Shown here: positions 29,823-43,856 of the stretch, in pieces
Layout of the letters: each line of letters begins with the position of its first letter
Position numbering within the stretch: position 1 is the stretch's first letter
Assembly (NCBI GenBank): GCA_013265495.1
Contig: MU057880.1
Coordinates: forward strand, 1,270,527 to 1,334,526
DNA: 64,000 bases
Source of the DNA: Vicugna vicugna
Taxonomy: Eukaryota
Direction of reading: 5' to 3'
Translations under genes and position numbers: made by a program
The notes under the pieces: model-generated
Seen by the model: only the letters and a program-made list of their open reading frames with translations
What the model was told of the DNA's origin: nothing
The model's database searches: none

Positions 29823-31826
29823 TTCAGCTACACATTTTAAGAATTTTCCACATTTTCTAAAATGAGTAGACTTACTTTTAATTGCTTTTAAACTATGAAA
29901 CAAACATTTCTAAAGGGAAGAGAAACAGCCCAGAAGTTGTTACCTGTTTCAGTTGTTTTTGTGCATCATTTCCTCATTTCTCTGAGGGCCTTGTATGAAT
30001 TGCTGAGGCGAATGCTGGTCTGTCTCGTGTATTGGCTTGTGTTGTTGAAGTTCAGTGTCAGATTTCAACTCCCTCTGAACGCTTCCTGACCCTAAGAATG
30101 CAAAGCGCTATCTGCGGACGACTTTGTTCCAAAAACACTGACCGATAAAAGCCTCTTGGTCGATCTGGATAAGTCTGAAATGCCCGTGTCTTTGAAAGCC
30201 GTGTTGTGTCTTCCATGCACATTTGGTTACGCTGGTTTATACATGTCTCCCATTGCACAATGGACTGCTTTTCCCTCGAATTTATTATTACTATTTTTTA
30301 AATTGGCATACCATTTGGAGCATATACGTTTAAAATTGTGTTTATCTGATATCTAAGATAATTAGGTCCCAGCAACCCCAAATCATTTAGTAAAATAAAA
30401 CCAAACAAAAAGGATGAAGATAACAATTAAGTTCTTTAGTTATGGCTTATGTTTCTTCTCTATTTTTCTCTTAATTGTACACCAATGACTATAGCCTGTT
30501 TTCCACAATCTAAAGGACATTCTATGTGCCCTGGCCTAAATTGGAAGGCCAAAAGGAGGAAGATTTTTATTTTGAACAAAACAGGAAAGTAGGTGATTAG
30601 AATGATTAAGTGAATGCTATTGAAATTATCGAGGTTGCTGTAACACCACATTCAAGAATGGTTAGAGAGGGTGACCGTTTCTTGTATTAAAGACCAGAGA
30701 TAAGAACTCAGTGAGAAGGCAAAGCATCAAGGGGGTAAAATAAATGTCTTTAACAAAAAAACAAACAGTTATAGAATGAGAACCTCTCAGGTTACTTAGA
30801 AGAGCTTTAAAAATCCCTGTGCTGTCTTGACATTCCAGCCATAATTTCAGTCTTCTATAGTCCAGGCCTGTTGAGAATGAGTTAAATGGGTTTTGTTTTT
30901 TTTTTTCAGATCTTTGTCTCTTAGTTGTTGTTTTTTCCCAAGGCACCATTCTGATTTTTCAGTTACAAGCGAAGCTGGTTTACCTCACCTCACCTCTCAG
31001 TGACTTCATTTGGCAGACGTGGGGGCTTGAGAGTGATCTTTTGGTTTTAAGTTTAAAGCGTCATTTCATGTTGTTTACCAAAGAAATTTCTAAACCGTCC
31101 AGAATGAGGCAACAACATTTGAGTGATCAATTTTTGGAAAAGTCACCCATGCACAGGCAGTTGAAGAAATGACATTTGCTTAAACTTTGTGAGGCTGTGA
31201 CCTCACCTGTAAGTGAATAAATCATCCATCACCCGGAGCACCACTGTTTCTATCAGAAAAGAAGAAAAAATCCTCCTGCTTCTTTTTCCTTTCTTTGGAG
31301 TTTATAGTTGCTGGTGTGAACCATACAATTTCACTGTTAAATTTGCGACTTCTAAAAATCCCTTCTCTTCCTGACATCATGCTGTGGCCTTAGAAAATCA
31401 GACAGTTGTTTTTACAAATAGAGAGCAGCTCCACTCAGACACTGAATAGACAATTATAAATGTCTGGATTCTTTCCTTTTTCAGGGCGGCTGCTTTTAGA
31501 TGTGGAAGAAAACCACATTAACTAGAGGACATTGTTATTGGTGGTTAGTGGTCTATTCCTGCCACATCTGTAAGGCATCTTGTTTAAAAAAACAAAACCA
31601 AAAAACCAAACTTTTCTCTCCTTGTCGAACAATAACATTCTGTGTTACAAGACTTCTATCAGGAAGTATTGAGTTATAAAAATATTAAATGTTTAGAAGA
31701 CAAAGGATTGTGCACTAACGTTCTGTTATAAAACTTGTACCAGGAAGCATCACTGAGGTATAAAAGGACCATTCATGTCGTCTGATCACACTGCAGCACA
31801 TGGCAGGTGACAGTGTGACGCTGTAA

Positions 31827-32180
<354 letters not shown>

Positions 32181-32727
32181 TGAAGGAGTTTTCTGCACCT
32201 TGAGTTTTTATGAAGCCAGGGCTTAGGTTCTGGAATGCTGTATTTAGCAAGCATAGTACCCCATCACAAGATGTTATATCCTTTTGGGAAATACTCAGAA
32301 ATGTCCGTTAGCCCTTTCATTACATGCTGAAAAAGTACTTCCTCAGCACTTCACTCCTGCAATAGTCGTACCCATTATAGATACGAGTTATTGAGGTAGC
32401 CCATCGACGGTTCTCCAAGGTGAGTGTTCTTGCCTGACTTGGGAGGCAAGTAAGTGAACTGCAGTTTGGTGAGGTTGAGTAACTCACCCAGGTTCTTACA
32501 GCTACTGAAAGCCGGGGCTGGGATTCCCGGGGTCTGCTGACAGTCAAAGTTTGCCTTATTTCTGTTACTCCGCACCGTTTCAACGGTCACTCGGCCACCT
32601 AGCTTACAGCCACCGCTTCCTCTGTTTTCTTTCCAGTAATTTTTTGCAAATATTTTATTACAACTAGACATTAGAGAATTATAAATATTGGCCATCTACA
32701 TAAGCGAGTGATTCAATGTTTTGTAGG

Positions 32728-33273
32728 TTTCTTTTTTTTTTCCTTTCACATTTTTCAAAATTGAAGTACAGTCAGTTTACAATGTTGTGTCAATTTCTGG
32801 TGTACAGCATCATGTTTCAGTCCTACATAGACATACATAGATTCGTTTTCATGTTCTTTTTCATTATAGGTTATTACAAGATGTTGAATATAGTTCCCTG
32901 TGCTATACAGTTTATCTATTTTATATATAGTAGTTAGTGTCTGCACGTCTCAAACTCCCAATTTATCCCTTTCCACCCCCTTCCTCACTTGGTAGCCGTA
33001 AGTTTGTTTTCTATGACTGTGTTTCTGTTTTGTAAATAAGTTTATTTGTGCCTTTTAAAAGAAATTCTACATATGGTATTTTTCTTTCTCTTTCTGACTT
33101 ACTTCACTTAGAATGATGACCTCCATTTCCACCCATGTTGCTGCAAATGGCATTATTTTATTCTTTTTTTTTGGCTGAGTAGTATTTCATGGTGTAAATA
33201 TACCACAGCTTCTTTATCCAGTCCTCTGTTGGTGGATATTTAGGTTGTTTCCATATCTTGGCTATTGTAAATA
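32728..33273 (-). mobile_element. L1 3' end
   Basis: attgaagtacagtcagtttacaatg...ccatgttgctgcaaatggcattatttta. Confidence 0.9.
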
Positions 33274-33276
33274 GCC

Positions 33277-33320
33277 TTATAACTTATAACTCTTATCTTA
33301 TAACTCTTATAACTCTTATC
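33277..33320. repeat. Short tandem repeat of ttataactc
   Basis: Imperfect copies right at the L1 truncation point. Confidence 0.8.
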
Positions 33321-34449
33321 TCCTTTCGGTAAAGATCTCATGACTCTCCCTACACCCTCATTCCAATTATGACCTTCCTTCCTCCTTTTTAGAAAAGCTG
33401 GTTTTCTGTAGTTGTCATGTTAATTAGTATTTTGTGGCAATTTAGGACTGCCTTCACACATGTGCAAAACATTCTCCTTATGTTAATTCTTGTGTGTATG
33501 TGTGTGTGTGACATTTCAGCAAAGAACCAGAGGGAGACAAAAATGTAAGAAGAAAATCAGTTTGGTGCAGAGTCAGTGTGGGATCAGGAACTTCCGAGAT
33601 GGAGGGGATGACCTCTGGTATCTGTTCTGCAAAGCCCCCAGTGAGAACTGAGCCTGAGAGCAGGCTACTTGGTTTGGCAAGCAGGTCATCAGGAGTCACC
33701 AAATACTCACGAAAATACAGCTAAGCAGCTCAGGCTGGTTTGAAGCTCTGTACGTGTATTATTATTCCATTTCATTAGCACACTCACTCTGTGAGGTAGG
33801 CAACCTTTCTCCATTTTACAGGCAGGGACACTGAGGCATAAAGAGGTTACTATCAAGAACTGTGAAGACTCTGAGGTCTTACTCTTCCTGCAAGCTGACA
33901 CGTAGCTAGCCACAGGTTCATAAAAGACAGAAGGCTTCCAGCTCAGAGACAAATGACTTTGTTAGTCGTGTTGCTTTGCCCTTCGAGTCCCACTGGGTGA
34001 TATGAGGTGGCCCTCGTGGATGCTGTATATGGTGGGTTTTTGTACATTTTGAGAAACTCTAAGCCTAGGAAACCCCAATCTTCTAAGAGTTGCTAGCAAA
34101 CTTGCCCAACATTTGCCCCAGAAGCTGACATTATCTTTATTATCTTGGTCAGGAAACAAATCTGTCTTCCAATTCTCCAGCAGGAGACACTCTTTATATC
34201 TTCCAAAGCTGTTTGCTCTACTGACATCCTTGAAGAGAGCATGCAGAACAAAACTTGATAGAAGATGTGCAGAAATGCCTTCGAGAATTGTTTCTTAACA
34301 GTTTCCTGTCTTACCTGGCTAACGTGGATGCCATCATTTTAACTATTACTGTATAACAATTACCAAGTCGTCCTTAGTTTAATGAAAGAAGTTGGTGTGA
34401 TAAAATGTAGTAGCAAAAATATGGAGAAAGAATAAAGATTTCAAGGATT

Positions 34450-34660
34450 AAATAGACTCACAGACATAGAAAACAAGTTATGGTTACCAAAAGGGAAAGA
34501 TGGGGGGAGAGATAACGTGGCAATTTGGGATTAACATATGTACACTACTGTATATAAAATAGATAAACAACAAGGTCTTACTGTATAGCACAGGGAACTC
34601 TACTTAACACCTTATAATAGCCTATAATGGAAAAGAATCTGAAAAAGAATATATATATAT
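34450..34660 (+). mobile_element. L1 3' UTR fragment, sense to the gene
   Basis: agactcacagacatagaaaacaag..tataaaatagataaacaacaagg..aatggaaaagaatctgaaaa, the reverse complement of the other copies. Confidence 0.88.
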
Positions 34661-35117
34661 TTTATATATATATTATATATATAAATAAATCTATTGAAAA
34701 ATCCCTATATAGAATCTCTATATAAAATCATATATATATATGAGGGAAGCTACAGCTATCCTTCAACCAATGAAGATGTATTTTTGCAACATCTACGGTG
34801 TGTTTTACTGTAGAAAACCACCACAGGGGTCACAAAGAAGTGTTAAGATGGTCACCCTCTCTACCCCTAGAAGATGACTTAGTTAGGAAAATATACTGTA
34901 TAAAACAAAAGTATAGCTCCATGTAAAAATGGGTGGCTGAAATTATATACGTTCTTAGTGTTACAAGTCAAAAGAAGACTTTGCTGCAAAACTAGATAGT
35001 GAAGGAGAAAGTTTGAGTAGGATTGTAGGCTGTAAATGAGAAAGAAGATGGAAAACACATGAGAAAGACGATACATAGGACTGGCACTGTTCATACAACA
35101 TTGAAGGCATCCTAAAT

Positions 35118-35431
35118 CAGGCGCAGCTCAGAGAGATTTTGGGGTCGGTTTCAGACTGCTACAATAAAACAAATATTGCAGTAAAGTGAGTCACGCAAAT
35201 TTTTAGGTTTCCCAGTGCATGTAAAAATTATGTTTACAGTATATTATAATCTCTTCAGGGTTCAGTAGCATTATGTCTAAAAAAACCAATATATTCGTCT
35301 TAATTAAAACATAATGCTGCTGGGAAATTGCTCCGATAGACTTACCCGATAGACTTCCTTGATGAAGAGTTGCCACAAACCAACTTGTAAAAAGTGCAAT
35401 GACTGGAACATGCGATAAAAATGTTCGCCTG
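35118..35431. mobile_element. Tigger1-derived internally deleted element
   Basis: caggc...gcctg ends; ggtttcccagtgcatgtaaaa and gttgccacaaacc match the two Tigger1 ends as I remember them. Confidence 0.75.
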
Positions 35432-35719
35432 TGTACTATTTGTCTGAAGCAGTTATGTAAGGGAGTAGTGATGCTCCCTGCCTGTGAGAGTTATGCTAGA
35501 ACATTGAGGAAGAGAGCTATTTTCACAGAGTAGAGTTACTTTGTAACTCTCTCTGCGCATCACCCTGACTCAGCAGGAGCAAATCCCCGCTGAGTCTCCC
35601 TCCGCGTGCATTAGCGGTTTTATCATTGCCATGTCTATTTTCTGTGGTCTTGAGGAGGTATCTGGGCACATGGAATTGCTATTATAATGTTTCAAATCCG
35701 TAAATTAATACTATTAATA

Positions 35720-35880
35720 ACCTCACCATCATATAACACTTGCTATGTGCCTGGCACTGTTCTAAGCACTAAAATACGAACTTATTTAATTCTCCTATCA
35801 ACTATAAAGTAAAAACTATTATTTCTATTTCAGAGATGAGGAAGTCAAGAGAAAGAGAAATTAAGTAACTTGGCATGGCT
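35720..35880 (-). mobile_element. MIR
   Basis: ctatgtgcctggcactgttctaagcact..cagagatgaggaa..ttaagtaacttg. Confidence 0.7.
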
Positions 35881-36549
35881 GGTATGCAACAGAACCTGCA
35901 GTCACACTCAGGAGTTCCGTTTTAAGAGACAAATCCCCTACGATGCCTCTTCCTACTCCTTTGGTGGGGAGACGGCACTGCTGTCATCCAATTTTCCAAG
36001 TCAGATGTTTAGAGTCATTCAGGGGCTTCACAGTACTTACCTTCCATTCATACAGTGACCAAATCCTTCATATCCACCCCAATCCATCTTGTCTCAGGGA
36101 TAGCTGGTGCCTCACCTGAGTTCAGACTTTAACCAGCTATCACCCGATGACTCCCTCCAGTGCCCTCAAACCAGGGCACCATAGGAGCCAAGATCACCTT
36201 TGGTCTGAGACACTGGGCATCGGCTGCTGCTGCCCGAGCAGGAGCTGAGCCTCTGGGTAGGTCAGCTCTGTCTGTGGTCTGCCCTCTGCTCCTGATGCCT
36301 GGGGCAGGGGCGGGGGGTGAGGGAAGGGGTCTTCCTCATCCTTGGTAATCCCTGAGGATGGGATCTCTGACCTGCCCAACTTCAGACACCAAGACTGGAG
36401 TTCCTAACTTTGGATCCTGTTGAAGCACTGAAAATCGAAGTCCGAAGTTACTCTGATCGTTAAGAATTCATTTAGTTACTGTTTACAGAAGTTTATCAAG
36501 CTGTATATACACAGATAGCTTTGTGAGAAGGCACTTATTTTTTTTTTAA

Positions 36550-37030
36550 ATCCATCCAACGTTTATTTACTTCCCGCAGTAACAGACAAAAGGCCAACTT
36601 CCCCTAGATGTTGCTGTGTTTTGCAGTTCCACCAGGAAGGTATGAGAGTGCCTGTTTCCTGTCTTTTGCCAGCTTTGGGAAGTGGAAAACTGATTTTTTT
36701 TTCCCGTTTTTATGGAGGATAGGGGAGTTTTGTATATATTTTGAGTTCATATATTACTAGTGAGGCTGAGGATTTTGTATTTTCAAATATTGATGATTTG
36801 CTTTTGTTTTCTATGAATTGCCTGTTTGAATCATTGATCTTTTTTTTTATTGCATTCCATAACTTTTTTCTTATTGATTTATAAAAACATTTTTAATACC
36901 ATGAAGATGAGCCATTATCCAGTCCCAAATGTCTCAAATAATTTCTCTTAGTTTGCTGGTTTTCTTTGGACTTTGCTAATAGTAGATTTTGCTCCAGAGC
37001 AATTTTATATTTTTTGTAAGATCATATTTC
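36550..37030 (-). mobile_element. Old L1 (L1M) fragment
   Basis: tatgagagtgcctgtttcct..attactagtgaggctgag..tctatgaattgcctgttt. Confidence 0.55.
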
Positions 37031-37684
37031 ATTTACTCTTTTTCACTCCCCATGTTGAGCCTCATACAGTGTTTATAGAGAGATGTTTATTGAAAATGTT
37101 TACTGAAAAAGTAAATGAAGAAAAGAACAAACTTAGGTCATTTTTCATGAGTACCATAATAGTTATCTTTTATACAATAATCTTTCTCATCAATTATGCT
37201 GAAATATTTAAAGTCAAAATATATGCCTTACTTAAATGGCATTTGGGAGTGTGTTGGGTTGTACTGGATGGGTTTTGTGAGCAGTCTTAGAAAAGTTATG
37301 CCTGAAGCAAACCAAAGTCACGAGATCTAGGGCACCACAGCAAGGCGAGGGAACACAGAACGCAGTTGTTAATTTTCTGTACACAACACTCTTTGTGTTT
37401 CACACAGTTAACAAATCCACATTCACAAAGGCTATGCCATTTTCCTGGGTCTGTAAAATGTGACGGAGGCACAAGTAACCTTTTATTCTTGAAGCCTGGG
37501 GCGTGAACTGAGTAGATAAAAATTTGCTTACATTAGGACGACGAAGAGTGGTATTCTAGAGAGCGTTGGAGTTTCCAAGGCTTGGTCAAATTTTTTTTTG
37601 AAAGATTAAATAACAGAAGAAGATTTAAGAGGTAGAAAACTTGCTTTCTGACCTCGGATATAGTCTGTATAATAGGTAGGAATT

Positions 37685-37900
37685 GAGATTCTGGAGCCAG
37701 CCTGCTAAACTTGAATTCCAACTGCCAATAACTAATTTTTTTTTTGTTTTAACATTGAGAAGTTCCTTCATCTCTCTCTGCCTTGGTTTCCTCATCTGTA
37801 AAATAAGGATAATAATATCATTTATCTAGAGGGCTATTGAGAAGATTCAATACTTTTATATGTGTAAAGGATTTAGAATAATGCTTGTTACACTGTAGAA
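37685..37900 (+). mobile_element. MIR
   Basis: ctggagccagcctg..ggtttcctcatctgtaaaataaggataataat. Confidence 0.75.
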
Positions 37901-40346
37901 TAATGCCCAGTGAGTATTTCATATTAATTAAGAAATTGATCATCCAGAAATAATAGTAGAGGTAAATATCAATATAAAAATTAAAATATTTTATCATTAT
38001 TTTTACTGTAAATTATTAAACTGTAAATTATTCCTAAACCATTTCATTCTTTCTATTCTTCTGTACTTTCATACTTACATGCTAGGTTTTAGCCTACTAA
38101 GTTTTAATTATTGTTGACTAGTCTGTCTTCTTTAATAAGCTGTGAATTTCTCAAGGGCAAGTTCCTGTCTTGTTCAACTTTGTAACCTTTCAAGTTACAG
38201 CAGCATGTCTGAAAATGTCACAGTTACTCAGGGCATTGTGGGTCTTTTTTTTTTTTTTTTTGATCAAAGAAAACTACCTAGTTACATTAAGATATTAAAT
38301 CCAAAGTGTCAAAAAGTGTTAAAAAGGAAAGAAAGAAAAGAGTACTTGCAGTAAAGAGGTAAAGTTTTGTTAAAGGAAGGAAATGAGAAATTTAGCAAAT
38401 GAGAAATCAAATGAATAGAAAAAACTTAATATTTTTACTATTTAATAAACATTCATCCCTATATTTATATTTTCTGTTTACTTGATGAGAAATTAAGCAG
38501 TATTTCCACGGAGGGGGACCAGCAGAGAGGTGTCTTGGGAGCTGTTTGCTTCCACCATCAAGAAAGTAAGTTTCACATAGATCTCCCCACCTGGGTTTGA
38601 CAGACGCTTTTCGAGGTCTTCTCTGTCCCAGACACTCAGCAGGCTTAGTGCTGGTGCTCAAAAGATGACTAACATCACCTATCTCTCTGCCTATATAAGA
38701 GTTACGCAGTCTAATAGGGGAGAGATCATCACAGCGGAGTGTCTCAGGTGTAATAACCCAGTTTAGCGTCCTAAGGAAACAGGTGAAGTGCTGTTAGTTC
38801 TTGTGGCACTTGAGGCAAAAGAGTGTGGATGGAGAATGTGACATTTCACCAGAAACTGAAGGCCTTGCAGAAATCAGGAGGGCACAAGAGTCAGGAAGGG
38901 AGTTTGAGAGAGAAGGCTTCTAACAAAGGACCGGAAGTGAGGACACGTTCACTGAGGGGAGAAACGGCCCTTGTGGAAGCTTGCTGTTCCACGAGGTCAT
39001 TGGCTCCCAGATGTCCGCGAGTTATGAACTTATGTTCGTAAATTCAATAAGCAACAATATGCACTGGCACGCCTGGCCCCCTAGACTTGTCTCTCCTAAC
39101 TTTCACCTGGCTGCTTATGATTTAGTTCCTCAGTATAATGAATTTGATTGATCTAGGGTCTTAATCCTTAATCTATTTCCTCCCCCTCTTGATTCTGTGG
39201 GTCCTTTTTTTTTTCTCTTAATGGTGTGACAGAATGAAAGTAAAATTTCCAACCAACTGTCATCTAAACAAGAGGACACATTGCTTTTCATTAAAAAGGA
39301 ATTGTTTTTGTAGGAACGTTCTATATGTTTAGCAAAAAAAGATTCTGGGGTAGATAATGACCATCTTCCAGAGACCCTGTCCTCTTAACCCTCCTACCCA
39401 GTGATCAAGGGTTTCGCTTCCAACTTTTAGAGGTCAGTGAGGAAAAGCACACACAGGCAGGTGCTCTGACAGGGTCCCAGACACTGGGATTTCAAATCTA
39501 GAATTTGGGTCAGTTTTGTTGTTTTGTAGAATTAGCACCTGCCAGTCTAAATGGCTTCGAGCCCTGTATTTATTGGTCAGTCCAAAGAAGCAGATCACAT
39601 AGCATCCCATTCACTTGCTAGCAAGTAATGAGTGGTGATGCAGTCAGACACTGTCTTGGCTTCAAGTCGCCAAGAGAGTCTGGGATTAGCTTTGGCAATA
39701 TTGGTTGGCATGCTGCATCGGCTGGGATCTGGGGAGCAAGGATTGCCAAGGATGAGAGGATGTGAGAACATTACATTCCTGCTTTTTATTTTTTGTTGAA
39801 AAATCACAGTGGTTGGTTTGATTATGGAGGGTCGTTTACCAAGGCAAAAGGACATGGGGGAATGTGTCATTCTAAGCTTTAAAAATGACACACTTCAAAC
39901 TTTGCAGATCTGCCTGGGCTAAGTGCTGAAATATATTGTAGGTAACTATAAAAGTGTCATTCTGTAAAACTAAGTTTGCCCTTTTGAAATTCAAAAGCCT
40001 GCCTTTGACATAGCTTCTACTATATAAATGTTCACATGATCACCGGGAGAAGTTATTTTCAGTATTAATGATGCTACAATACAGGGATTATTAAAGAGGC
40101 CTCAGAAGACTTTCCAGATTATCTTGTGACACCATAGTTTCATTCTCCTGAGTACTGCTTGCAATGCGTGAGCAAACTTGCCAGAACACATGGTATGTTT
40201 TAAGCATCTACAATGTTTTTTATTGCTTTTTATATTTATATCTGTAGAGAGAGGAAGGGAAACTTGCTTCTGATATCAAAGAATATATAGACATTGTTGC
40301 AGGAAAAAGGATATAAATGAAATGACTAAACCAGGCCAAGAAAGTA

Positions 40347-40570
40347 TTTTTTTTTTATTGAAGTGCAGTCAATCTTTGGTGTACATCACAATGTCCCAGT
40401 CATACATATACATACATAGATTCGTTTTCATGTTCTTTAAAGGTTCTTACAAGATATTGAATATAGTTCCTTGTTCTTCACAGAAGAAATTTGTTTTTTT
40501 AACCTGTTTGTATATATAGTAGTTGATATTTGCAAATCTCAAACTCCCAAATTTATCCCTTCCCATCCCC
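40347..40570 (-). mobile_element. L1 3' end with TSD
   Basis: TSD ccaagaaagtattttt (40336-40351) and ccaagaaaatattttt (40569-40584). Confidence 0.9.
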
Positions 40571-41289
40571 AAGAAAATATTTTTATTAAAGAAGGATTTG
40601 GGCTATCTTGATATTTGTTCCAAGAAGATTTGACTTCCATTTTGATTCAAGCATTTTTATTATACAAATTTATGACACTTTATTTTTAAAGAAGTCATCA
40701 TAATTGGGGAGAGGACATCATGTTTGTGCTGGTGTAGCTAAACAAGAATTTACTTTTAACAAATCAAAGTACGACTTTTTAATTTTTGACAGAATTTTAT
40801 TTCTGAGAAAAAGCACGTTGTCACATCAGCCTCTCAGACTTGAAGTCTGGGAGCACATTTGTCACCTCGCTCCCTAACCATGGGCTTTCTCAACTTTAAC
40901 CTATGTCTATTTCTGACATTGCTATTTTTCAATCAGCCAGGTTTGAAATCTTTGAGTCATCCTGGCATCTTCCTTTGCTCGATGCCTCATAGTTGAGTAG
41001 CACTAAACTCTGACAGTTCTTTGAAATGCCTCCAGTCCCTTTTTCTTTTCATTTCCTGTTAATGCCACCTGGATTAGGCTCATTCATGCAGGGCAAGATG
41101 CTGTAGGAGGCTCCCGAGTGACCTCCTTGTCTCTGCCTCTGCCCCAGAGGCAATTTATTGTGTGAATCACTGCTAAATTTATCGTCCCTACTCCCTTTTC
41201 AATCATATTGCTCCTTGAGAAAAAAAAAAATCTCTCAAGACTTCCATTTGATTGGAAAATAAAGTTTAAATGCCCTAATGCATTGAAAA

Positions 41290-42120
41290 ATGTCTTATGG
41301 AAAAACTAAACGTATACAAAAGTAGATAGAATATTACAACGAAACTTTATGTACCTGTTATATCCAAATATAACAATTAATCAACGCATGACCACTCTTG
41401 TTTCGGCTCTGTCTCTGCTACTTCTGATGCCCGCAGTAATTTGAAACAATCCCAGACCTCATATTCTTTCATCTGTAAATATTTCAGTACGTATCATTAG
41501 AGGACAAAACACGCAAGCACAGGACCATTATCCCACTCAAAAGAAAAATTAGGAATAATTTCAGAGAAATATGCAGTCAGTGGTCAGACTTATAATTGTC
41601 TCCCTAAATGTCTGTTTGTCTCTCTGTCTGTCTATCTATCCATCTATCTATCTACCTACCTACTTATCTATCTGTCTCACAGTTGATTTCAATCAGGATT
41701 CAAATGAAGCCTACCCTTGGTGAATGGCTGGTATGTCTTTTAATCTACAAACTCCACTCCATCACTTCTGTTTTTTCCCCTATCAGTCTACTTACTGAAG
41801 GAACCAGATCACCGGTTTTGTAGAGTTCTAGACTCTGGAGTTTGCTGGTTGCACTTCTCTGGTGACTTTGTCCTTCTGTAATCTTTGTTCCATCTACATT
41901 GGAGTCAGGCTTAGGGACTTGATCAGATTTAGATTTAATTTGTTTTATCCAGACTCCTTTATAGACAGTGATGTGTTACACTGGGAGACCCTGGTAGATG
42001 TCCAGGGAGCCAGTCTGGTCATGATAGTAGCAGCTGTTGGTGCTCAATATTAACCTCTCTAGTCACCAGGCATCGAAAAATGGGGGTATTCTAATTCTGG
42101 CATTATTTCTTCATTGATTA
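41290..42120 (-). mobile_element. Old L1MC/ME-like 3' end with an internal (TCTA)n repeat at 41608-41672
   Basis: tatacaaaagtagatagaata..aatcccagacctcatattctttcatctgtaaatatttcagta. Confidence 0.55.
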
Positions 42121-42136
42121 GTTGAAATACTTCTTT

Positions 42137-42281
42137 TAAAAAATTTTTTATTTTTATTTTTAAAATTTTTTAATTTTTCTTTTTCTTTAGTTACTTTTTC
42201 TTTATTGGAGCTACTGGGGATTGAACCCAGGACCTCCTGCATGCTAAGCATGTGCTCTACCATGGAGCTATACCCTCCCCC
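42137..42281 (-). mobile_element. tRNA-derived SINE (Vic-1-like) with TSD
   Basis: A and B boxes; TSD aatacttcttt at 42126-42136 and 42286-42296. Confidence 0.9.
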
Positions 42282-42789
42282 TCAGAATACTTCTTTAAAG
42301 AGTAATTTCCCTTCATCTCTTATCTAGTTCTCAAGTGGTACAGTTTATATAGAAAAAAATAACAGCATTATTTTTAAGGAACACTGTGACCTGAACTTCT
42401 AACTCCCTTTTTATTTTCATCTGTCACGATAACTCTTGTACCGTGTTTGTGTCTCTGAGGCTGAGAACTGGGCAGTTAAACACAATGAGAAAGTATGTGT
42501 TAGTTAACTTCAGGGAGTGTGTGTGTGTGCGTTTTGTGGTTTAGTCTATTCCAAACTGTCAATAATTGAACATGTCCCCTCACTCTTTTCTGCTCTCCTG
42601 TCCGCACTAAAACACCACCCAGTTCTTCCCTAGTGGACGGTCTGCCCATGCCTCAAAGTCCAGCCCAAATTCTGTCTCTGCAGAGCCTTTGGGACTAACC
42701 CGAGTAAGTTCCTTTTCTCAGCAGAACATCTAGTATGTATATGTATATATATTTAATTCTACAAGTTTTCAGTTCATCAGTATCATAGA

Positions 42790-42995
42790 GAAATAGCACT
42801 GAATAGCATTTATGTAAAAGAAACTTGGGCTCAAATTCCACTTTTTCAATACTCAGCTCTGTAATCTTGGGCACATTTATAGTCTCTCAGAGCTTTGATT
42901 TATTATGTAAAAAAGAAAATGACTTGATTTCCCTTGGAGATTTGTTGTGAGATTAACATGAGTGATGCACATGAACTATTTATCATGGTACCTGG
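42790..42995 (+). mobile_element. MIR
   Basis: ttgggctcaaattcc..ctctgtaatcttgggca..ttgttgtgagattaa. Confidence 0.55.
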
Positions 42996-42996
42996 C

Positions 42997-43319
42997 TGTT
43001 ACGGGCTGAATGTCCCCCCAAATGCATACGCGACTCAGTGCCCCCAGGGTGTAGTATTAGGAGGTGGGACCTCTGGGAGGTGATGAGGTCAGGAGGACAG
43101 AGCCCTCATGAACGGGGTTAGTGTTCTTATGAAAGAAGTCCGGCAGGTCCTCTCAGCCCCTCCTCCCACGCGCCACACGGTGAGACGTGTGGATCCTGAA
43201 GAGGGTCCTCACCGGCACCAAACACACTGGCACCAGGTCTCAGACTGGCAGCCTCCAGCCCTGTGCGAGCTAGATGCTTGCTGTTTATAAACTGTTCTAA
43301 CAGCTAAATGGACTGACAC
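42997..43319 (+). mobile_element. MaLR solo LTR (MLT1A-like)
   Basis: tgttacgggctgaatgtcccccc start; gagccctcatgaacggggttagtg; ggactgaca end. Confidence 0.78.
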
Positions 43320-43819
43320 TGATGCACTGACAGATCTGCAGTTATCATCTAGAATTTAAACTTGCTGTAAATGCATATTTGTATGTATGTGGCTATGATC
43401 TCCTGAATCTCCAGACATCACAAGGTATTCGGTGGTAGGGGGTGTGTAGGTCTGACCTTGGATGTCCTACAGCGTGGAGCTGTGCATTGCAGCATTTGTG
43501 CTGTGGGAAACCACGTGAGCGTGTGACACAGTTTCCATGCACGTGCCATCCAGGTCAGGTTGGGGTGGGGGCATTTTTGCACAGACGAGGAAACTACAGA
43601 TAATTTCTCCTTATGTGTCTGTTAACTGCAGGGCCCTCAGCCTGCAGAATTTGTGAAGCTAGCTTGGGTTTTATTCTCAAATTCTGTTCCTCGAGGTCTC
43701 CTTGCCGAGACATTAAAAAAAAAAGAACAAAGACTTACATAACAAATATCATGTTTCCAACTTCTAGAATTATCCTGTCAATTTTTTTGTGCACATTGGC
43801 TTTCAGAATGTACTTGAGA

Positions 43820-43856
43820 GGGGGTATAGCTCAAGGGCAGAGCATTTGACTGCAGA
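43820..43856 (+). pseudogene. Tailless retropseudogene of the 5' half of tRNA-Cys(GCA)
   Basis: GGGGGTATAGCTCAAGGGCAGAGCATTTGACTGCAGA differs at about 2 of 37 positions from mammalian tRNA-Cys as I remember it. It stops in the anticodon loop and is flanked by cagaatgtactt / cagagtgtactt. Confidence 0.85.
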
